Below are positions 1 to 6,087 of a DNA stretch of 8,890 bases, in pieces (the first letter of the stretch is position 1; every line of letters starts with the position of its first letter). Below the pieces are notes generated by a model that had not been told where the DNA came from, did not search any database, and saw nothing but the letters and a program-made list of their open reading frames with translations. This DNA comes from Octopus sinensis (Eukaryota). Location: the NCBI RefSeq assembly GCF_006345805.1, contig NW_021828273.1:1-8890 (forward strand), written 5' to 3'. A program made the translations under genes and the position numbers.

Positions 1-94
1 AAAGGAGAAGAAGAATAAGAAGAAGAAGAAGAAGAAGAATGAAAAAAGAAGAAGAAGAAGAAGAAGAAGAAGAAGAAGAAGAAGAAGAAGAAGA
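1..94 (+). repeat. (GAA)n trinucleotide microsatellite, slightly interrupted, running off the window start
   Basis: Direct reading: long runs of gaagaagaa, interrupted by aat, gga and aaaa. Confidence 0.97.
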
Positions 95-245
95 TATAGA
101 AAATCAACGATAGGAACAACAGCAGTAGTAAGAAAACTAATAGCAACAAAAAAAAAACTGTAAATAGCAAGATAAAATGAAAATTTTTTAAACAACAACA
201 ACAACAATAAATAAACGAATAAATAAAAAAATGAATAAATAAATG
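95..245 (+). repeat. A-rich low-complexity tract with (AAC)n at 191-206 and AATA repeats
   Basis: aacaacaacaacaacaataaataaacgaataaataaaaaaatgaataaataaat seen directly. Confidence 0.8.
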
Positions 246-347
246 ATAGAATATTTTGATTATGAATCTTAAGCATCATCAAGTATTGACACAAAATGTA
301 AAACAAAATATGCTAAGTATCCCTGATAGTGAGTAATTGAATTCTAT

Positions 348-373
348 TTCCGGAATGAACGGACGCCATTTTG
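348..373. promoter_or_regulatory. Possible ETS-type (TTCCGGAA) plus YY1-type (GACGCCATTTTG) motif pair
   Basis: TTCCGGAA at 348-355. GACGCCATTTTG at 362-373 is the reverse complement of CAAAATGGCGTC and matches the YY1/Pho consensus AANATGGCG. Motif match only, with no gene nearby. Confidence 0.15.
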
Positions 374-475
374 TGTTTCCCATACATGGCCTCGTTATTA
401 GAAAAAAGTCATAAATAGATCAGACTCTCCTTAAATTATAACTGTATCGTCATTTGAGAACCATAAGACGTTAGA

Positions 476-574
476 GTTGTCGTTATTGCTATTGTTGCTC
501 TTGTGGTTGCTGTTTTTGTTGTTGTTGTTGTTGGTAGTGATAGTTTTCATGTGATAATGTTAGTTATTATTATT
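476..574 (+). repeat. Degenerate (GTT)n/(GCT)/(ATT) trinucleotide tract
   Basis: gttgtcgttattgctattgttgctcttgtggttgctgtttttgttgttgttgttgttggtagtgatag...ttattattatt. Confidence 0.85.
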
Positions 575-658
575 TACACTCAGATCAGTTTTGATCGAAC
601 GTACCTATGGCCTTAGTTAATTCGGCCGTAACCATATCGTCATTATTTCAACTATAGC

Positions 659-876
659 AAGGCGGCATGCTGGTAAAATCATTGTTATGCTGGACTTAAT
701 GCTTTGCAGCATTTCATCCGGTTTTACGTTTGTGAGTTCAAATTTCGACAAGGTTGACTTTGCTTTTCATCCTTTCGGAGTCGATAAATTAAGTACCAGT
801 TTCGTACTGGGGTCGATCTAATCAACTGGCCCCCTCCCCCAAAATTTTGGGCCTCGTGCCTAGAGTAGAAAAGAAT
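659..876 (+). mobile_element. tRNA-derived SINE, near full length, diverged copy (octopus-type family), tail type 1
   Basis: Starts AAGGCGGCATGCTGGTAAAATC (A-box-like) and has B-box-like GTGAGTTCAAATTTCG. Core is GTTGACTTTGCTTTTCATCCTTTCGGAGTCGATAAATTAAGTACCAGTTTCGTACTGGGGTCGAT. Tail is CCCCCTCCCCCAAAATTTTGGGCCTCGTGCCTAGAGTAGAAAAGAAT. Aligns by eye with the copies at 2726-2892 and 5864-6087. Confidence 0.93.
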
Positions 877-970
877 AAAACAAGTAGCAGTTGAGCATTG
901 GGGTCGCTTACATCGACCAGCCTCTTCCCATCAAAATTTCAGGCATTGGGCTTATAGTTGAAAGAATTAT
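877..970 (+). mobile_element. 5'-truncated SINE of the same family (end of core plus tail type 1), directly after the previous copy
   Basis: AAAACAAGTAGCAGTTGAGCATTGGGGTCGCTTACATCGACCAGCCTCTTCCCATCAAAATTTCAGGCATTGGGCTTATAGTTGAAAGAATTATT is colinear with 788-876. Confidence 0.85.
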
Positions 971-1257
971 TTTAAAAACTATAGCACGTGCAGGATTTCT
1001 TGTCTTTTTTTTTCTTTCAGTCTTTCAGACACTTTTTATGCGTTATGTTTTAAAAACTAGGACGCTGGACAATGAGAAAATAAGAAAACATGGGAAGAAA
1101 AACACAAAGAAAGTTGGTGCAAAAAAGGGAATGAGAAGAAAGAAACGAAAGCAAGAAAACTAAGCTCCCCATCCTCTCTGACTGCAGAAGCCACAATTAA
1201 TGCAGCTTGTATAGAACAAAATAGCAGAAAACTTGTCAAAGTCTGTGAGACAGCAAC

Positions 1258-1470
1258 TCAATCCGGAACGAGTGATGTTTTCCAATTCGACAAAAGAAAC
1301 CTGTCAATGTGTTTGCACCTGCTAAAAATTTCAGATCTGGAATTCACTAGTGTGGTGGAAATTTTGGATCTTAGAATATGATATCTTTCTACTACGCATA
1401 AGTTGCATTTCTTAAATCCATTAACACCTGGCTTGGATTTTTCCACGATTCTCCACTTGATTGTATGTGG
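1258..1470 (-). mobile_element. Penelope-like retroelement fragment: C-terminal part of a GIY-YIG endonuclease (pseudogene; RT and catalytic N-terminus absent)
   Basis: The minus strand translates PHTIKWRIVEKSKPGVNGFKKCNLCVVERYHILRSKISTTLVNSRSEIFSRCKHIDRFLLSNWKTSLVPD*. This fits the PLE endonuclease C-terminal pattern IKWxI...CxLCxxExxxI...NxRSE...CxH. The frame is closed upstream by TAA at 1486-1488. Confidence 0.88.
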
Positions 1471-1778
1471 CCCGCAGCAAATAAATTAATCTTGCTACTA
1501 CAGTTAAGTTCTGGCTTGTGTTTCATCTAAATAGCGATTGCTATAAGTTCTCTTCGTGCACAAAAGGTTGAGGACTGCTTTATACTCTATTGAATAGCAA
1601 TGATATAAAAAAAACATGTCAAAATAATCTCCTTTACTTTTCTGTATAAGAAAGAGAATAACAAAATGTATTTACATATGTTTAAATTCCAAAGAATGAT
1701 TTAACTGTAATCTAATCGCACTAAATCTAACGTAGGATTTCTAATACATGCTGTATTGCGCATAAAACATTTAATAAC

Positions 1779-1897
1779 GTGTGTATGTGCATCTGTGTGT
1801 CTGTGTGTGTACAAGATAGATATCTGTGTGCATGTGGGTGTGTGTTTGTTTGTTTGTTTATGTGTGTATGTATGTATGTGTGTAAGTGTGTGTGTGT
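1779..1897 (+). repeat. Imperfect (TG)n/(TATG)n/(GTTT)n compound microsatellite
   Basis: gtgtgtatgtgcatctgtgtgtctgtgtgtgt...gtttgtttgtttgttt...tgtgtgtatgtatgtatgtgtgt. Confidence 0.92.
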
Positions 1898-2725
1898 TAT
1901 TTCCTTTAATAGCGGGTTACTGAAACGCAAGTAAAATTTTAAGAATTAAAAAAGTAACGTGTATTTCTGTTACAAATAATATAAACATTGTGTTTGAAAT
2001 AAGATATTTTATGCGGAATTACTATGATCTCATTCAACAAACTGGCCACCGAGTCCTTTTATTTCCTGGCCAACGCCTGATATCCTTTTAGTGAGTTTCA
2101 TTTAAATACCGTAATTTATAGTTTTGAAGTCTTTAAACAAATAATATCTTACATCGCTTAACTGACAATACAAGGCTTGTACATAAACAACAACACAAGG
2201 AATTAAACGTATGTGGAAAAATATCACGTTTATTCAATATCTTAAATAAAATAATGAAAATTTAAGGAAAATAAAAGCCTTCTATCAGTCATATTGAAGT
2301 TTCCGGTGTTTCTAATTTATTTATTTTGTGTGTTTGTGTGTGTGTTTGATATCTATATTATGTAATCAGTATTTGAATGTGTTGTAGTACTGGTATATAT
2401 GCACATATAGTCTGCATTCGGCTGTATTTTGTGTATTAGAAATTATTATAAAATATACAATCACCATTTGATTGTATCTTGCACTAATAGCTTTTAAACT
2501 TCAATTGGGTGAACGAACTTTTATTGCGTTTCGTGACTGATCCCATTTTTATATACAACCTCTCCGCTAACTCAGCATATATTCAAATTGCTCGAACAAA
2601 CAAACAAACATACAAGAAAAGAAAGAAATACGAAAAGCGGAAAGCAATTGTTTTAATTTTGCTTAGCAAACATTACTAAAAGAAAAAAAGTTGGACGACA
2701 TATCTTCATTATTAAATACTGGGTG

Positions 2726-2892
2726 AAGGGCGGTGGGTAAGCAGAATCGTTAGGGGATGAGGGAACGGATATGCCCTGCAGTATTTGGTCCGGCTCTTTA
2801 CGTTCTGAGTTCAAATTCCGCCGCGGTTAATTTTGCCTTTCATCTCTCTAGGGTCGATAAAATAAAGTACTGCTCGAGTTTAGAGATCGATC
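2726..2892 (+). mobile_element. tRNA-derived SINE copy (head plus core, 3' tail missing), diverged
   Basis: AAGGGCGGTGGGTAAGCAGAATCGTTAG...TACGTTCTGAGTTCAAATTCCGCCGCGGTTAATTTTGCCTTTCATCTCTCTAGGGTCGATAAAATAAAGTAC...GATCGAT has the same module order as 659-817. Confidence 0.9.
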
Positions 2893-2977
2893 GTGGATTG
2901 GCAAAATTGTTGGATCGTCGGGGAAAAATGTTTTGTGGCCTTTGTTCAGGTTCTTTGCATTCTGAGTTCAATTCCAA
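2893..2977 (+). mobile_element. SINE head-only fragment (tRNA-related region), strongly diverged, directly after the previous copy
   Basis: GTGGATTGGCAAAATTGTTGGATCGTCGGGGAAAAATGTTTTGTGGCCTTTGTTCAGGTTCTTTGCATTCTGAGTTCAATTCC parallels the SINE head up to the B-box-like motif. Confidence 0.75.
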
Positions 2978-3007
2978 CATAATGTTGTACACTTTTATAT
3001 GCATAAT

Positions 3008-3109
3008 TACACACGCAGACACACATACATACACACATACAAAGACAATGTATATACTCACTTTAACATACATGCATACATACAGTCAACGTATATACTC
3101 ACTTTAACA
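3008..3109 (+). repeat. (CA)/(TACA) microsatellite containing an exact 19-bp direct repeat (3050-3068 and 3091-3109)
   Basis: GTATATACTCACTTTAACA occurs twice, 41 bp apart. Confidence 0.85.
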
Positions 3110-4076
3110 GCTGATAATTCCCTTTGTTTTCATTTCTTTTCAGAGTTAACCCACGATAAATAACGAAGGGAGCCAGACTAAGCTTTGAACTACGAAAATT
3201 TGTACCAAAGATCTGCTGGGAGCTTGAAAATGTAGTCAAAGTTTTGTGATAGTTTAGGGGAGAGTTTTAAAACATACACAATGCGACTTGCCATCACTTG
3301 AATTAAAGGTGAGTTTTGAAGCAGAGGGAACTGTTCAGAATGTCCACAAGAAATATTCCAGAAGACTGGACATTGTCGAGTCCCACAAAGCAAGAAAGGG
3401 CACTAGAAACATTGCTAGAGTTCCAGAAAATCTCTGGCAAGCAAGTCATGAGAAGTTTGTTTCAAAATCAAGTGTTCATCACATTCTCAAGCACTGTCAG
3501 TGGAAAAGTTACATTCCAAGAATTCCATGTTCTCAATGAAGATGACCCAGAGCAAAGAGTGGAGTTTTATGAGTGGCACTTGGTAAGATGTGTGGAAGAG
3601 GTATTCTTTCCAACAAAGATTGGAGTGATGAGGCTACATTTAAATTAAATGGCCTAATTAACAACCACAACTGCACCTATTAGGGACCTGAGAATTTAAA
3701 TATTATAGAAGAATCTCATGTTAATTTACTAGGAGTTGCATTATGGTGTGGCTTATCAACAAAAGGATTCATTGGACCATTCTTTTTTTTTGACAGTATT
3801 GCAATTGGTCCCATTTACTTGAACTTGGTGCAACAATCTGTCATACCAAGCATTCAAGGAGACTTTGAAGATGTGGAGTTTTATTTTCAGCAAAAAGAGG
3901 CAGCCCCATACTACAATAGTAATGTAAGGGCCAGAATGGCTTTCAAACTGAAAACAGTTCAACGAAAATTAAATTCTCTCCGTTGATTCTATCTAATTTT
4001 GATAATGAAATGTATTTTGATATACACTGACTTTATAATCATTCAACGTGTGTACACATTTTTTGGAGAAACCCCC
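3083..4076 (+). mobile_element. Degenerate, internally deleted Tc1/mariner DNA transposon, maT/DD37D-like (DUF4817-type HTH plus DDE domain)
   Basis: Transposase relic inside. The right end GTGTGTACACATTTTTTGGAGAAACCCCC|TA resembles a mariner TIR plus TA target site. The left end TA|CAG...GTATATACTCACTTTAACAGCTG is a partial, degenerate counterpart. Boundaries are approximate. Confidence 0.85.
3166..3932 (+). pseudogene. Transposase pseudogene with multiple frameshifts and stops, C-terminus deleted
   Basis: Stitched frames give GARLSFELRKFVPKICWELENVVKV / [17 protein letters not shown] / [12 protein letters not shown] / [21 protein letters not shown] / [17 protein letters not shown] / [24 protein letters not shown]...[17 protein letters not shown]...[13 protein letters not shown]...[17 protein letters not shown]. 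The first catalytic D motif (WSDEA) is at 3621-3635, and the second (QQDGAPPH) is degraded to QQKEAAPY at 3888-3911. The expected ATG reads AAG at 3166. Confidence 0.93.
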
Positions 4077-4079
4077 TAC

Positions 4080-4177
4080 TCCTCCTCCTCTGTCTGTCTG
4101 TCTCTGTCTATATCTCTCTTTCTCTCTCTCTCTCTCTCACACACACGCATACGCACACACACACACACACACACACT
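4080..4177 (+). repeat. Compound microsatellite (CCT)-(TCTG)-(CT)n-(CA)n
   Basis: Read directly, immediately after the transposon right end. Confidence 0.95.
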
Positions 4178-4642
4178 CGATTTTTAAAATATTTCAACAG
4201 ATGCAGTTTTTCATGCTAATTACGAAATCATAAACATTTTTTATTTTGAGGAATTAGAAATATAGATATTACGTATGTTTAAAAACTGAAATTCTTGAAA
4301 CTTTAGCCAATTAGATGCAGTCATTTTCGAAAGTCTGGAAGTCGGAATTGCCACGTTTACTTGCCTTGTTCTTATTCTTGGAGACAAGTTTGCATCGCAT
4401 TTTTAAACATTTTTGATTATTCATTAATTTTTGAAAAATTAATAATGAAAACATTACGCCACCTTTTTTTAATGATGAAAATTATTTAAGGAAAGCAAAT
4501 GAAACAACAACAAAAATAACAAATAATAGAGCCTCAGCTCAACATTGTGGTTCACCATTCTATGCCGAAAGTCATGGCACCCCCTATCGAAAGGAACGGA
4601 GAGTCATTAGTTCTTTCATCCAAAAATAAATAACTCAGCTAT

Positions 4643-4995
4643 ATTCGTTAAATCCTTAAAAATCCTTTAAAATGCTTCAGCCCGTTGAATGAGCTACACT
4701 AGTATGTGAAACCACCTCTGATACGTGGCACTTGATCAACAAGGGAGTTCGATGCCGCTGCCCGCATCTGTGTTTCTTGCCGAGAGGTAGGTTCATCTGG
4801 GACCCTCGACAAGAAGAGATCCAGTTTAGTTTAAAAAACTCACATCCACACCATGCAGGTCTCTCAGGCATTTTGGAAGGATATTGAAGAGCTGTGGTCC
4901 TCTGAAACCCAAGCTGTTGCAGTATCTGGTCCTGTATTTTGATGGTGATGTTGGGATCTTTAGCACCATGTAGTGGCGCCCCGTTCTGCGTTAGT
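4643..4995 (-). mobile_element. 5'-truncated non-LTR retrotransposon (CR1/L2-group LINE): ORF2 C-terminus, short 3' UTR and tandem tail
   Basis: With two frameshifts the minus strand gives TNA/GRHYMVLKIPTSPSKYRTRYCNSLGFRGPQLFNILPKCLRDLHGVDVS/LDLFLSRVPDEPTSRQETQMRAAASNSLVDQVPRIRGGFTY* (stop at 4699-4701). GPxLFNxLP...LDxFL..VPDEP...RAAxSNSL is typical of CR1-group ORF2 ends. It is followed by GGCTGAAGC and a decaying (TTTAAGGA)-like tail. The clade is not resolved. Confidence 0.9.
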
Positions 4996-5030
4996 GGAAA
5001 AGAGTGCTACCTTCAATCCTTTTCGTTCAG

Positions 5031-5320
5031 ATAAAAATTCATTGCAACCCATTTTCTTGCAGTGCCATTGAGTGCTTTTACCAACAACAGAAATCTTCAT
5101 TTGATGTTTTTGCCAACAAAATTTATGTCTTTCTCTTGAAAATAGCTCACTGCATCTTGACAGACTCCTCAAATTACCCAGCCGGCCGCTGGAGGAACAC
5201 ATCAAAAACCGTCCTAAAATCCGAATATAAACGCGTTACGTTGCATTACAAAACCAAACCACAAACCATTACAAATGGCGTGTGGTTGTTAGTCTTCTTT
5301 CTTAGTTCTTCTCATACCAG
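5031..5320 (+). other. Candidate exon or promoter-proximal island of unknown gene (weak)
   Basis: Acceptor-like CCTTTTCGTTCAG| ends at 5030 and donor-like CAG|GTAGGA starts at 5321. One frame is open throughout, with 8 CpGs in 5183-5280 and TATAAA at 5226. There is no recognisable protein similarity and no in-frame ATG. Confidence 0.2.
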
Positions 5321-5863
5321 GTAGGATGTTAGACTACGTGAGTTATCGATAACCACGCTAAGAATAGATTGAGTTTCCAGATATTTTATTTATCTCCGCT
5401 CTGTATTGACACGTTTACATTCAATGAATTAATATTGTATAAGTGATACAAGATATATGAATGATTGCATATAATGAGTAGTCTTTCATTGACAAAGGTA
5501 AGCGAGATGAGAGACTAATTGATGAGAAACACGACCGACTCGTGCAAATTCTGAAGTAGCTCTAAGTTGAATTTGATCGTCTTTAAACAACAGCCGGCCA
5601 AGAAGATTCTAGATTTTCTTTTGACGGGAAAAACTTTAAGTTTCCTATGAATAAATATGTCAGCCGTGAATAAATCCCAGGGCTGACTGGTCAAATCATA
5701 TACGCCTTTTATGGCGATAGTTTTCCTTTTATGGAAGTATATTAGATCGTGATTCTAGTTAAGGAAAATAAATCGGGGTTTTGTCTTACTGAATATATCC
5801 TACAGAAATACTAAAATCATAAAAACCATCTAATCAAGGACAAAGTCTAAACGTGTAAATTTA

Positions 5864-6087
5864 TTTCTTTACTACCCACAAGGGGCTAAACACAGTGAGA
5901 ACAAACAAGGACAGACAAACGGATTAAGTCGATTATATCGACCCCAGTGCGTAACTGGTACTTATTTAATCGACCCCGAAAGGATGAAAGGCAAAGTCGA
6001 CCTCGGCGGAATTTGAACTCACAACGTATCGGCAGACGAAATACCACTAAGCATTTCGCCCGGCGTGCTAACGTTTCTGCCTGCTCT
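5864..6087 (-). mobile_element. tRNA-derived SINE, apparently the least decayed copy, tail type 2
   Basis: The reverse complement reads GAGCAGGCAGAAACGTTAGCACGCCGGGCGAAATGCTTAGTGGTATTTCGTCTGCCGATACGTTGTGAGTTCAAATTCCGCCGAGGTCGACTTTGCCTTTCATCCTTTCGGGGTCGATTAAATAAGTACCAGTTACGCACTGGGGTCGATATAATCGACTTAATCCGTTTGTCTGTCCTTGTTTGTTCTCACTGTGTTTAGCCCCTTGTGGGTAGTAAAGAAAT. Confidence 0.96.

Noticed and set aside
838-851. 14-bp palindrome CCCAAAATTTTGGG
   Set aside because: It lies in the SINE tail and is not kept in the sibling tail at 930-945, so it is probably incidental.
891-1163. 90-aa ORF with a hydrophobic middle and basic C-terminus
   Set aside because: It has a TTG start, begins inside a SINE tail and runs through T-rich and A-rich low-complexity DNA, with no family resemblance.
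1000-1260. Search for a PLE-associated hammerhead ribozyme downstream of the endonuclease stop
   Set aside because: No CTGANGA...GAAA core found by eye on either strand; the CTGAAAGA repeat near 1013-1028 does not match. An Rfam covariance search would be decisive.
2757-3107. 116-aa ORF
   Set aside because: It spans two SINE pieces and a CA microsatellite, so it is a chance open frame.
4423-4443. 10-bp inverted repeat ATTAATTTTT-G-AAAAATTAAT
   Set aside because: It is A/T only and expected by chance in this composition.
4180-4470. Possible MITE or other DNA-transposon remnant
   Set aside because: I could not define terminal repeats, a TSD or coding similarity. A repeat-library search is needed.
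4677-4871. 64-aa Cys-rich minus-strand ORF
   Set aside because: It is an off-frame reading of the LINE ORF2 remnant; the meaningful peptides are in the other two frames.
5381-5503. Possible exon between TTTCCAG (5380) and the strong donor AAG|GTAAGC (5498)
   Set aside because: All three frames contain stops, and isolated splice-like motifs are frequent in AT-rich DNA.
5517-5550. Hammerhead-like string TTGATGA-GAAAC-ACGA-ccgac-TCGTG
   Set aside because: Stem III is present, but C3 is replaced, stem II is absent, the cleavage triplet is GCA rather than NUH, and stem I does not pair. CTGAAGAAAC near 7133 fails for the same missing stem II.
659-6087. Recurring GTCGAT/GAGTTCAA motifs suggesting an array or CRISPR-like system
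   Set aside because: The recurrence is fully explained by dispersed SINE copies. There is no regular repeat-spacer periodicity, no cas genes, and the context is eukaryotic.
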